Positions 46,140 to 59,580 of a DNA stretch of 64,000 nucleotides are shown one piece after another. Both the position numbers and the translations under genes were made by a program. Location of the stretch: positions 69,316,001 to 69,380,000 of the forward strand of contig CM060732.1 of the NCBI GenBank assembly GCA_030704615.1, in the 5' to 3' direction. Origin of the DNA: Takakia lepidozioides. Lineage: Eukaryota > Plantae > Bryophyta. Each line of letters begins with the position of its first letter. The first letter of the stretch is position 1. Below the pieces are notes generated by a model. That model saw nothing but the letters and a program-made list of their open reading frames with translations, was not told where the DNA came from and did not search any database.

Positions 46140-46520
46140 TGTTGTGGGACGACATGGAGGAGATGTATGGAGCTACCAAAGGGCCTCGTAGGTACTCTGT
46201 AGCTATGGGCACAATCGAGTTGGATGACTTTATCCAGGAGTTTGACAGCTGGTGTGATTTGCAGCAGATGCGCAATCCACAGCTGTTCACCCTATTCATG
46301 GCGTGGAAGAGACTGTTTCAGCATTTGGAAGGCCCGCCTAAAGACGATTACCACGAGTTCAGGCGAGGACATGAAGCAGAGATTGAGGAGTGAAGGATGT
46401 ATTGGTCACCTGACTACGTCTCCAGTACTCGAGGCACGACGCGACCAGTAGCTGCATCAGCACCAATATCTCCCACTGCCAGCACTAGTAGTGGAACAAG
46501 TAGTGCCGGTACTTCTGCAG
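46140..46520 (+). pseudogene. Inverted gag N-terminal fragment of the DNMT-Gypsy element
   Basis: GPRRYSVAMGTIELDDFIQEFDSWCDLQQ...LFQHLEGPPKDDY resembles retrotransposon gag; it lies between DNMT and LTR parts on the opposite strand. Confidence 0.6.
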
Positions 46521-48138
46521 GTGCTCCCTCGCTGCTTAGCATCTGAGTGTACTTATGGAGGGAGAGTAGGATGTTGTGGGGTGGAGTCCCCATAGCTTGG
46601 GGTGCCCCTGGCTCGACTCTTATTTTAACGAGTGAGTGTATTGTATTTCGTGTTTTCGTGTCAAGAGACAGTGTGAGTTTAGTTTTCATTTCACGAGAGA
46701 GAGATGAGCCGCACGACTGACGAGCTCGTGAAGATAAGATGGTTCAGGTGTCAAGCTAAACTTGACACCTGACTTAACACTTGAACTAATTCCAAGTGTT
46801 AAATACAAATAACTAGATTTATTCTAGTTAGTTTCACACTGTGTTTATTTAACTTGACACCACGTTGTGGGGCACTAATGCATTTGACTATGGCTCTGTA
46901 TGGAGACTTTGGCTCTGGATTTGACTTTGGCTTTGGCACTTGTATGCAGGAGCATTTCTAACAGCGAAGTGCAGCAATAGATCCACCGCAGTTGCTGCCA
47001 CCACACTGAAGCAGGTCTGTCCTTCCTCACAGCTCGGTCTTCTCTTCAAAATCATACTGTTGCCGCGGACTTCGTCCCTGAAAGTTCTATTTCCTTCTAG
47101 GTGGTTGTTTGAGGCTTTGCAAAATGCTCGCCAGCTTGCCAGTGGATTCTCTCTCACCATTTTCGATTTCAACACTTCAACCTTCCTTCAACTTCCAGGA
47201 ATGCCCTAGGCTGGCTCCCGCTTGTATGTTTGAAAGGGTCTATATGAGTCCTCCGACAATTGCGCGAAGTGAGAACAAGTGAGAAAAGACCAAGGTAGAT
47301 GACCATCATTGCTGGATAGGTACTGACAGCCATAAGAAATCCCTTTGACACTCATTCTAGTCAGAATGTAGTCAGAATGGGAATTTTCTAGATCTGAAAA
47401 CAGTGGATCAGTGTAAACATTGAGGGACCCTTTCTCTGTACATTTTCTCTACAAGGGGCATCTAAGACACAACCATTTCTTCAGATGCGGGAACGGAGTC
47501 TCACATGATGAGTCGTGCATTCATGGATGCAACTCGGAGTTCCAGGAGCTGGAGGCAGTACCAACTACAGCTATTGTGGAGGGTCCACTGGAGCCAGCTG
47601 TAGCAGTTTCCTCTCCTTTGCCGGAGGTCTCTGATGAGCCCCTCAAACTCTTTTTCACTGTAGGTCAATTTTTGACAAAGTCTCCATCTCTGCTTTTGCT
47701 TTTATCTTCCTGTAGTGGAGTGTTACAAACTGGAGTTCTGGGTGATGGCTTCAAGGTGAGGTTAAGCATAGTCTTGGAGGTACAGTCCCCTCTTCCCTCT
47801 TCTCTTCTCTCTGGAGATTTTCTCTACAAGCACAAGTTAGTTTGATGATGGTTGCTATGGTTGAGAAATGATTTGTGTAGTGTTTTTGTGTGGAAGCAGA
47901 ATGCAGTTTGTGTGAACAACACCGAATTACCACCATCAACAGCCTCACGGCCATTAGGAGGACGGTGTCCATGATGCACTCTTCCGGCTGTTAGAGGTTA
48001 CTCTTCCTTTCTGCTGCTTCTAGTTGTGTTGTAATCCTATCGAGACACCGTTAACATTGGAATAGGGCCCTGATGCCCGCAGGACATTGCTGGTGCCTGT
48101 TTATTCTTAGTTACAGATTTATGCGTTTGTGGGTAGAG

Positions 48139-51100
48139 TGTTAGAGGACTGTCGGGGACTTAGACACTTATACGGGATCTGTAGGGTACCCTTAATTTTT
48201 GCACAGACTGAGACCAACAGGAGCCTTAGGGGTGACAGCAGCGCACTGTAGAGGGGGGTTACACAGCCCGACACAGTAGTCACAGCCGACACAGCCAACA
48301 CAGCCCGTCACAGTCATCACAGCCGACACAGCCAACACAGCCCGTTACAGTCGTCACAGCAGACACAGCCGACATAGCCCGTCACAGCCATCACAGCCCG
48401 ACACAGCCCGACACAGCCGACATAGCCACACAGCCAGTCACAGCCCGACACAGCCAAACACAGTCGCACAGCCAGTCACAGCTCGTCACAGTTTCACACA
48501 GCCAGTCACAGCTTGACACAGTTGTCACGATCATAGGGAACAGAGAGCAGGACAGGGAACGACTGTGGGGAACAACACCTGCGAAGGGAACATGTTAGTT
48601 CACAGACGACGGTTAGAACCACGGGTAGGAAGATAAAGGGGGAAGGGAGATCATTTGAGGAGGACTTCTTGGTCATGGAGGAGAGGGGATCGGGCAGAGA
48701 TTAAGAACGGAAGTGAAGATAGAGAGATGATGAGTAGATGCTTGTTATATGCAAGGCTGTACTGTAATGATTGTAGAGCAGATTAGAGACACAATGGCTT
48801 CGGCCTGATACCTGATAAATCATACTCGGATACTTTTACGATACAATCACACTGTGTAGAGAGATCTGAGTGAAGCTGTGGAATGAATGGATGAGTTGAT
48901 GGAATCCAATAGATTGATAAAGCAAACTGATACTTAATTATAAATGGTAAGGTAGCTAACATGAATGCCAAAAGGGAAACAAATAGGAATCACCCCCATG
49001 ATACACTAGCTGTAGGTCATGACTGATTGTTCTGCGCGGGCTGAGTACTTAGAGATTTCCAACTCTTCTATCTTGGAGTTTTCGCCTCGAATAGCGAAGG
49101 GATGGGTGAGTAAAAGCAGCGCGACATTTGGCGACCATACTGGGGACCTGAGTCATGAAGGAAGAAAGATTGTCCAAACAATTCTTTCAAAGGTTCTTGG
49201 AATTGCCAGACGGTTGTAAAGAAAATATTCTTAAGCGAGTGCATGATGCTGATCCGGAATGGGGTCTGGAGAAAGGAGTGATAAAGATTTATCAGGTAGC
49301 CTGTAGAGGAAGAGCACGTTGGTTACCAACATTGGTTTATGTGATAGCATTGCTATCCATTAAGCGAGTAGAGTTTGAAGGCTGGGAAGAAAGAAAGGTG
49401 AATGTTTATACTCATATGCATGAAGAGCTTGTACTGGTAAAGAATTGGATTCCAAAAGATATTTTGTGGATCAAACTCACACCAAGAACAGCTTTTCAGA
49501 CTTGTTTGCCATATGGTTATATGGTAACGGAGACTTCAAGTATAGCCAAGGGTGCATTGAAGCTTGAAAGAAACCCAGGCATATACGAGAGATATTACAT
49601 AAGAGAGTTTTGGTTATTGCCACATTAAAAGAAATGAAAGACATGGGACATGAGTGATGAAAGAGAAGCTAGACGCCAGAGATATTCAGCAAAAAGAGAA
49701 AGCTATCTGAAAGCTAATTATCCATATCTTTGGGAGAGAGGAATAGACATAGGGGAATCATCTGGACCTCTCACACCATTAAGATCAAAGAGTACATCAC
49801 CTATACCGGAAGAACTAGAGTTGGATGCCACTCCTTCTGTTTCTTTGCAAGAAAGATTAAGGGAATTGGTACAGGAAGAAGATCAATCACGAGGTGAAAG
49901 ATCTGAGGTACATCCTTGGATAAAAGATTTGACAGAAATCTTTGATAAGAGTTGGCATGGAACACCAAAGCAGGAACTCCAGTTTCTGAAGCAGAAGGTG
50001 AAGAAGGAGAAGAGGATGTGGCAGCCAACGGAGAGTTCAGACTCTCCAACACCATTACAGTTGAGTTACATGAGTGAAGAAGAAACCCAAGGGCAGAACT
50101 TGGGAGGATGAAAACAGAGAGAAGAAATTGGAAGAGGAAGAATATGAAGAAGTAGACCCAACAGCTGAGGTTGAGACTACAACCAGGACATCCCAACCCG
50201 TTGGACCTGGATCAAGTGGAGCACTTGGATCACAGGCCAACGAAGGTGTCGGCTCAGGGGATCAGGCGGGCTGCCTGGATCTGGCTCTGGGGGACAGGGA
50301 GTGTGGGAAGTAGTGCAACTGAAGCTGGGAATACTGTGAATATCGTGGGGCAGAAGGGGAGTGCCAAGCACCAGCAGGGAAGGGCACCAGCAAGGGTGCC
50401 AGCACCTGTCAGTGGGTAGAAGGTAGGGCCACAGATGGCGTTACAACCAACACGGGCAAAACCACCCTTTCCAATATATTCAGGAAAAGGGGATCCCAAT
50501 GTACACATTAGCCAATTTGAGCACATGTGCATAGTGAACAATGAGAATGGCGATGATGCCAAGATGAGACTGTTTCCTTGTTCACTTATCAAGAAAGCAA
50601 GTGAATGGTATGCAAGATTCCCTGATAATCATTTCCTAACCTGGAATGGCTTGAATACAGCATTTCGAAATAGGTTCAGGACAAGTAAAACTGAGGATGA
50701 AGTGTATGGAAGTTTACAACAGCTGAAGCAGAAGAAGCATGAAACTGTTGAAGAGTATATGGAGAAGATGGAATTGATGATGAAAAAGTTGGCTGCAGTA
50801 CCAGCACCCGGTTTACAGAAGACTTGGTTTGTGAGTGGACTAAGACCAGAGTTGCAAAAGAAAGTGGATATGTTACCCCATAATACAGTGGAGGAGGCAT
50901 TTGAAACTGCAAACAGAATTGAGCAATTGGGAATGCTCAGGAGAGAGAAAAAGGAAGATGAGGACTCTGAGGATGAGTCAGATGAAGAAGAAGAGCAAGA
51001 ACTAAAAAGAAAGAGTAAGAGAAAAGAGATGTTGAAGAGGGATAACTATGAAAAAAAATTGGAAGAAATCTTGAAGAAGTATGCCACAGAGGCTGCAACA

Positions 51101-54100
51101 GATTGGAGGAAGGGTGTATGGTGTGCAAAGTGCCAGAATGAAGGCCATACCACCACAGAATGCCACATGAAGGAGAAACACTGTACTATCTGTAAAATGG
51201 ATAACCATTCTACTGAGAATTGTTACTACAACAGAAGGACAGCTGCAAGAGAACCTAGGCAAGTAAGGGTGCATCAGGTGCAGCCCCAGCCAAGAAGAAA
51301 CAATGATCAGGACCACTATGGTAGGTCTGGTGGTTATAACAATGGCATGGAAGGGAGAGGTAATTCAAGAGGGAATTACCAAGGAAATTCCAGAGGCAAC
51401 TATCAGGGTAATCCAAGGGGGAATTACCAGTCCGGGAATCAGGATTATAGAAATAATCCAAGAACAGACCAGGGCGAGGACCCAATGGTGAAGAGCTATG
51501 TTACTATTGTAATCAGCCAGGACATCGCAAGGCAGCCTGTTCATTCTGGATAGACACCAGAATGAGATGAGAGCTCCTGTGAATGAGGGCCCAGTGGTGG
51601 CAGCTCACATGGTTAGGCCATGTGTTGCACCAGAAGTAAGTACAATGATAGTAACAAGAAGTAAAGCCAAACTAATACCTCCAGTAGAAGAGGAAGAAGA
51701 TGATAATGGAAGTGGCAATGATATGCCTGAAGATGAAGAGACTTGGAAAGATGAGAAGGAACTGCACAAGGAAGTGGCAGATACTATAAGGGAAATGCAA
51801 AAGAGTACTGATATTCCTGTGGCAGATTCCTCTGATTCGGATGGAGAAAAAGAAGGGAGTGAGGAAGAAAGGAAGAAAGAAGATGCAGACATGCAAAGTA
51901 ATGAAGAGACTTTGGCTGAAGTAATATGCCAGACCAAAGCAGAAATTACCATTGGACAGCTATTAGCTGTGGCACCTTATTGTAGGCACAGGCTGTATCA
52001 AGCAATCAATCGAATTGCCCAAGAGACAGGAAACACAGACCTGAACAGCAAGGTGACCAGTTATAATGTGAAGCCGGAAAGGCGAGAAACAGTCATGGAC
52101 TTTGATGATTCTATGCCAGTAATCCAATTGAGAATTGGAAGCACAGAACTAACTGATGTACTGATTGATGGTGGTTCTGGAGTAAATATCATGACAGACC
52201 AATTAAGGAAGAAGCTTGGTCTAACTAACATGAAACCAGCCCCATTTACAGTAACAATGGCAGATCAAAGAAGTGTACAGCCATTGGGATTAATAAGAGG
52301 AGTTAAGATACAGATACAGAAGATGATCTTTATGATCACAGTAACTGTGTTGAAAATGGATGAAGTCATGGAGGCTTACTCCTTATTATTGGGACGTCCG
52401 TGGCTGAAACAGGCCAGGGTATTCCATGACTGGAATTCTCAGTTACTAACCGTGCATAATGGGATACACGAGATACAAATTACCACAAAGAAATCTAGTA
52501 GATTACCTGCTACAAGAAGACCTCGAGGAGTCAGAGAGTATGACTGGAAAGGAGGACTGGATGAGGAGCAGGAAGCTACCCTATTTGCTGCACACCCAGA
52601 GTGGGAGCAGGTTGCAGAGATGCGGCTGGAAAGCCTAAGTTGTTTAAGAGGTATCTGCTGTGGTGTAGTGACAGCAACACCAACTGAAGAGGAAACCAGC
52701 ATTTACCCATCACATTTCTATGAAGAAAGAGAAGGAGAAATAGAAATCCTAGAAGAACCAGCCACTTTGAGCTTACAGGATGAAGTGGTGACTGGTTGGA
52801 CAATCACAGCTGATGAGCAGGTGAGGGAAGTGAATGTGGGAACTAAAGAGGAACCGAGGATGGTGAAAGTAGGAGCTGATTTGGAGCCGGAATTCTTCGA
52901 AGAAGCTAAAAGCTTGTTCATCAAATACAGAGATGTATTTGCTTGGAGCTATGAGGATCTAAAAGGGATACCACCTGAAGTCTGTCAGCATAAGATTGAA
53001 CTGGAACCAGGGTCAGTACCAATCAAGCAGGCGAGGTATAGAATGAATCCCAACTACGCACAGAAGGTTGGAGAAGAGATAAAGAAGTTGGTTGAGGCTA
53101 AGTTTATATATCCAATAGAGTATACAACTTGGTTGTCACCCATTGTTATAGTTCCCAAGAAGAATGGCAAACTAAGAGTATGTGTGAACTATAAGAAGCT
53201 GAATGCTTGTACGAAGAAAGATCCTTTCCCTTTGCCATTCACAGAAGCAGTATTAGACACTGTGGTAGGCCATGAGATGTACTCATTCATGGATGGCTTC
53301 AGTGGTTATAATCAAGTGCAAGTGGCAGAAGAAGACCAAGGGAAAACAGCTTTCATCACAGACTGGGGGGCTTATGCATACAAAGTCATGCCCTTTGGAC
53401 TTTGTAATGCACCAGCGACCTTTCAGAGAGTGATAAGTGAATCTTTTCATGAGTATCTGGATGATTTCATGCAGGTATTCTTGGATGATTTCAGTGTGTA
53501 CAGCTCTAAGAATGAGCACTTGCATAAATTGGAGTTATGTTTGGCCAGATGCAGGATGAGAGGTCTGGGCCTGAATCCAGAGAAGTGTACTTTCTGTGTG
53601 AACTCAGGGGTGCTTCTGGGACACATTGTGTGTAAGAAGGGACTCCTTGTGGATCCCAGAAAGACAGAGTCCATTAAAGCCTCTCCACCACCAGTGAATG
53701 TTAAAAGTCTACGGAGATTCCTTGGGCAAACCAGTTATTACAGGAGATTTGTCAAAAGGTATGCACAAATAGCAGCACCATTGAGCAAACTACTGAAGAA
53801 AGATGCAGTGTTTGCCTGGACAGCTGAATGTCAACAGGTATTTGAGGAACTTACACTGTCAGTAACAACTACACCTGTGCTGATTAACCCTCACTGGCAT
53901 GTAGTATTCCATGTTCACTGCGATGCATCAGGAGAAGCGTTGGGAGCGGTGTTAGCCCAGAATGTTACAGGGAATATAGATTCACCTGTATACTATGCTA
54001 GCCGGTTGATGAACAGTGCTGAAAGGAACTATAGCACAACGGAAAGAGAAGCATTGGCAATGATCTATGCAGTGAAGAAATTCAGGCATTACCTGTTGGG

Positions 54101-57100
54101 CAAGAAGTTTATGTTCTATGTGGATCACCAGGCTCTGATATACCTGGTAAACAAACCTCTGATAAGCGGAAGAATAGCAAGATGGTTGATAATCTTGCAC
54201 GAGTTTGAGTTCGAGGTTGTTTACAAGCCTGGGAGACTGCATCTTGTGGCGGATCATTTGTCACGATTGTCAACAGGAGAACCAGCCACATGAATAGATG
54301 ATCAATTACCAGATGCGAGTCTCTTTGCAGTGGAGGTGCAGGGAAGTGCAGATGACTGGTTAGATTGGCAGTGGCCAATCAGATACTACCTTGCTCATGG
54401 TCAGCGCCCACCTAGTTATGGTAAGGAGCAGAGGAAGAGAATCGCTATCAAAGCTTTACCTTATACTATGGTAGGAAGCAGAATGTATAAGTTAGGACCT
54501 GATGGAGTACTAAAACGATGCTTGTACCACCATGAAGTAAATAAAGTTTTGGCGGAAGTTCATAAAGGAGTGGCTGGAGGTCATTTTGGAGAAGAGACTA
54601 CCAGTAGGAAGATACTACTTGCAGGATACTGGTGGCCTACTTTGTTCAAAGATGTACACGAGTATTGTCAGAAGTGTGATGAATGTCAGAGGCTAGGACC
54701 TTTGCAGAGATCTGGAAGGATGGCCTTGCATCCTACAATGCCTACGGAACCATTTCGGAAATGGGGACTAGACTTTGTTGGACCAATTAACCCACCATCC
54801 AAGAATACACGAAACAGGTACATAATTACAGCCACTGATTATACTACAAAGTGGGTGGAAGCTAAAGCTTTGAGGGACAACACAGCCAAGTCCACAGCAA
54901 GGTTCCTGTACGAGAACATACTTACACGATTTGGCTGTCCCTTAGAATTTATCAGTGATCAGGGAAGTCACTTCATGAATGAGACCATTGAGTTGTTGAC
55001 TAAAGAGTTCATGATTGTGCATAGAAAGAGTACAACATATTACCCACAGGGTAATGGGCAGGCAGAGGCTACCAACAAAATACTATGTACTATCTTGGCT
55101 AAGATAGTCAATGCAAACAGAACGGATTGGGATACAAAGCTGCTGACAGCTTTGTGGTCATACATGACTTCATATAAAGTCACCACTAAGTATACACCAT
55201 TCCAATTAGTTTATGGTATGGAAGCCTTACTTCCAGTGGAATTCCTGTTACCTACCATGAGAACGGAGTGGGGAAAGAGAATGGAATTGCAAGACTCCAT
55301 CAAGGTCAGGAAACATGAATTATACCATGTGGAAGAAGTACGTGCTGATGCAGCTGATAATATGACCAGAATTCAGATGAAGCGAAAGGAACAGTTTGAT
55401 GAAGGCAAGTTAAAGACTTTTAAGACGGGGGATTTGGTTCTATGGTTGCAGAAGAAAGGAAAGATTCAAGCTTCTAAGCTCAAATCACCATGGAAAGGAC
55501 CTTATGTCATACAAAAGATGTATGATAACAACACCACCATGTTACAAACCATTAACAAAGAAATGTTGGGAAGAGTCAATGCCAATAAGTTGAAGGGGTA
55601 CAGTGGTATCCATGACAAACCCTTGCAGCATAATTTGCATGTTGAACCGCAAGAGCAGTCACGGGCTGCACCAGTGTTACGAACGGAGTATGAAGCACTT
55701 GTCGCTAGGCCCAATATATATGACCAGGGCGGGCAAAACAAACGTGACACAGCCTATCACAGCCGATCAAGGCAAAGCACAACCTATCACAGCCCATCAC
55801 AACGTGACACAGCCTATCACAGCCCAGCACGGCGCAACACAGCCTATCACAACCTACCACAAAATAGACACGTGGAGGTCAGGGCGCGACACACAGCTGA
55901 GAAGGAAGTGCAAGAACAGGTGTCAAAAAGAAAGAGGACAAGAACGGCCGTCAAAAGGGATGAAAGGCGGGCCCATTAATGAATACGGAAAAAGGGAAAC
56001 GGAACGAACGGCAAGTACAGAAAAGCGAAATTCTTGTCACATGTGTGATCCTAGTGGACTATCCAGCAGGGAAAGTCCACTAAAGAAAATAAAATCTAAA
56101 ATCCAGTCACAGCGGATACAGCCAATAGAAAACCAGAGAAATGATCAAGAAAATGGAGGGAAATTGAGCGTAAGAGGCGGCGTCGTTCTGAGTAACAGGC
56201 GTCTCGACGGGACAGACCATCAATGCTATAGCTTGGAAACTATGGAGGAACTAACAGACTATACGCTCGCAATATTACTTACGCAGTGGCATAGACACGA
56301 AAGGACAGAGCGGAGCTTTTCTCTTGAGCAATGCTTGCAAGCCCCGCAGGCTTACAAGAAATTACCCATAGCTTTCTGCGGCAACCATACGTTTATGCTT
56401 TGTGCACTACAGGCATTCCTGCAGTTGTTACAGCCAAAACAGTTCTGTGAGTCTAAAATGAAGAGAGTGAGAGGAATGGAGGAAATCAGGGTGAAGAGCA
56501 CCACAATTCTGCAGAAACAAACGATTGCTACCCCACAGGCGATACAGATACTGGAGGAGCTGAGATTGCAAGGATTGCAAAGCCTAGATTGGACATTACA
56601 CCATAGACAGTACATGTTACAATTTTTGCAGAACTTTGAGCCAAGGACAGGAACAACAACGGTGAAGGGAGTTGAATTGATGATTACTCCCCTATACCTC
56701 CAGCAATTGTTTCGATTGCCAGCAGGTCAGGTGCATGTGGAGGAACACAGGGCAAGACTGCAAATAGGGGACTTATTCCAAGAAGGGAGTTTCTTTAAAA
56801 CTCAGGGTTATGCTTGTACCAAGGCTGTGTACCCAAGGCTAAAAGAGGTAAGCCAGGTATTGAACGTTCTGATTGCCATGAAACAGAACCAACAGTATTT
56901 GAGCAGATCCTTCACGGAGGAAATACTCAAAGGCCTGAAGGGACAAGAGGTACAATGGGCGGACATAATGTACAACGCACTGGTGGATGAGATGAAAAGA
57001 TTACAAGGTACTACCGCAAAGTCTCCTATCATAGTGTCTGGCCCAATCATTGCTCAAATAATCCTTGATTCTGGCATACTTGATGCGCAAGAAAGAAAGG

Positions 57101-57581
57101 AAATGGGAGTGTTTGAGCCAGAAACCACTGCAATGGAAGAGCAAGGCTCTTCACACAGTGAGGGTGGACTAGCAGGGCAACCCGAGACTAAGAGGCAGAG
57201 ATGGGGAAAGACTGTAGTGGCGGATCCACTGGCTTCACGGATTCCGCATGATAATGTTTCCCAAGCTCATAACCAGGAAGGGGCACAGCAACACAGAGAA
57301 ATGCTATTACTGGAAGCAGGACCTTCAGAGAGGGAGGAGGAAGTTACTTCTGTATCACAACCATCACAGCCAGCTGATCGACTTGTCACAAGGTCACAAG
57401 TTGTCCATGCAGCTCAACCAGAAATAATTGATTTGGAAAGAGAAGGGTTAGATATTCTAACTACAGAACAAATAGTGGCAGAAATGGAGAAGGGGGACCT
57501 TCTCTATGAATATTCTGGTCTGGTCAAGGAGACAGAGATCCCAGAGGTGCAACAGTTGCCCAAGGGAAATCCTGAGGTGCA
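48139..57581 (+). mobile_element. Second copy of the large Ty3/Gypsy element, interrupted within ORF3
   Basis: 5' LTR 48139-49126, PBS, gag and pol (ORFs 50435-51553, 51567-54293, 54330-55979; GGA>TGA stop at 54291-54293), ORF3; collinear with 14507-24265 until cctgaggtgca|cagggttg. Confidence 0.96.
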
Positions 57582-57804
57582 CAGGGTTGCTCACGTCAAT
57601 GACGTCACGTCGGACCTGACGCTGACGCGATCAACGTCACGTCAGTTTGCCGAAAAATCAGTAAAACATGAGTTAGGTGAAACATATGTCACGTAGGTGG
57701 ACACGTTGTATTCCAAGCGACACCTTGGCAAGTGAATGAATTGTTTTATAAATTACTCCATCCGTCAATATTTGAGGTCACTTTTAAATCATTATTGTTA
57801 AATT

Positions 57805-58390
57805 GGTGCGACCTCCAAATGGTGGTGGTCGCAGAATTTATCTTATTTTTTAATAGTTGCGACCACCAGGAGAGGGGTTGTCGCAGCATTTTTTGTTTTT
57901 TAAAAATAGATGCGACCACCAGCAGGGGTGGTCGCAATTTTTTTTTTCTTAAATAGTTGCGACCACCAACAGGGGTGGTCGCAATTTTTTTTTTCCTTAA
58001 ATAGTTGCGACCACCGCTACTGTTGGTCGCACAATTTTTATTTTATTTGTAATAGGTGCGACCACCATCAAAGGAGTGGTCGCAACATTTTTTTATTTTT
58101 TAATATCTACGACCACCAGCATGGGGGTGGTCGCAACATTTTTCTGTTTTTTTAATAGGTGCGACCACCAGCAGGGGGTGGTCGCAACAATTTTTATTTT
58201 ATTTTTTAAATAATCTTTGTGACCACGAGCATGGGGTGGTTGCAGCATTTTTTTTTTTTAATAGGTGCGACCACTAGCAGGGGGGTGGTCGCAGCAATTT
58301 TCTATTTTTTAATATCTGCAACCACCAGCATGAGGGTGGTCGCAGCAGTTTTTTTTTAAAAATAACATACGACCTGGAGCGGTCGCAACA
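57805..58390. repeat. Subterminal array of about 12 hairpins (~50-bp period)
   Basis: GCGACCACC-N(6-8)-GGTGGTCGC units separated by T-rich linkers. Confidence 0.92.
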
Positions 58391-58571
58391 TTGGATTCTG
58401 ATTCGTCTCTTTGGACTGGGTCTCGTATGTCTTTAGCGCGCATGGTTATTTCCCAGTTGGATGTCACCCAAAAGTTCACCGGATCTTTAACCCTAGTTAA
58501 CGTCTTCGCATCCATGGCGTGCATCTATTTTGGAGCATCCCATGTTATTGTCTCTCCCCAGTGTTGTCAAT

Positions 58572-58769
58572 TTAAAAAATCGTAAGGCGATACATCCAAT
58601 GGCATGTTGTACCGGTTGTACTCGTATCCCGTGGGCATATTGTCTTGCAACCCAAAAACTCATAGAAACGTCGATGGATTGGTCCACGACAGTCAGGGCA
58701 TTGGCTGGCTCGCATGGCTGCCGATATGAAACATGCGGGATGGAACAAATGGCCACATGAACCAAGCAT
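58572..58769 (-). pseudogene. RING-H2-like zinc finger fragment (MULE cargo or second gene)
   Basis: LGSCGHLFHPACFISAAMRASQCPDCR is the C-terminal half of a RING finger. Confidence 0.7.
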
Positions 58770-59580
58770 ATAACCTCAATCTGGTCCGTAAGGGTTTAGG
58801 CACATTGTACACACCGTACCGTCTGTTACCCATGACGCTGGATTGCTCCGTGGTATCCACGTCCGTTTATCCTCATAAATGTTGGATGACATCCTCGGCC
58901 TGCTGTCCCAGTCCTCCTCTACTTCCAAATCTCAGTTTATGCTCTTATTGGTATCGGAGAGGGTTGCTATTCCATATGCACAGGTTGCATGCATGCATGC
59001 ACAAAATCCCTTATTATATATGCATGTGACAAATTTGTATGCACACATTGTAGATTGTATGCAGTGGAGTTATATAACATAGAATACGACGTATTTATTG
59101 CATATGCAAATGTTAAATCATATGTATATAGAAAAAATAAAAAAATAAAAAATAAAAAAAATCTTAGCTAACAAAATCAGTAGTCAATGGTCAAAGATGC
59201 ATGTGACCCTTAACTCCAACTAATGCACCACCTTAAACTGAAGAGAATACAAGATCCCTGGCCAAAGTAATAATTTGCAAACTTGTATTCAAGGAAAACG
59301 GTTTCATATTAACCAAAATATGGACTTTTGTACTAACAAATGCATATGTGTCATGTTTGGAACCACCACATTGTGTCTGTTTGTAATGCCAAGCAGTTCT
59401 ATAATTTGAAAACTTGTATGACAGGTACACAAGTTCCATTTTAACCAAAATAGGAACTTTGTACTAACAAATGTTATGTGTCATGTTTGGAATAAAGTAG
59501 TAACAAGATAATTACATGTCACATGCATGAAAATGAACGGCACAAGTTAGAGGTTCTTTTTTTGTGCATTTCATGTGTCA

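Larger units (their letters stand above)
41169..46859 (-). mobile_element. Ty3/Gypsy LTR retrotransposon carrying a C5 DNA methyltransferase and a PHD finger; permuted and rearranged copy
   Basis: DNMT-RT-RH-INT-PHD on the minus strand, PPT (41699-41709), full LTR 41255-41696, LTR parts at 41169-41253 and 46523-46859, TG..CA outer ends flanked by CCAC. Confidence 0.93.

Noticed and set aside
46864-48138. Stop-riddled minus-strand reading frame
   Set aside because: No assignable family.
57805-58390. CRISPR-like regularly spaced palindromic repeats
   Set aside because: Spacers are low-complexity T/A tracts resembling one another, there are no cas genes, and the context is a eukaryotic transposon end.
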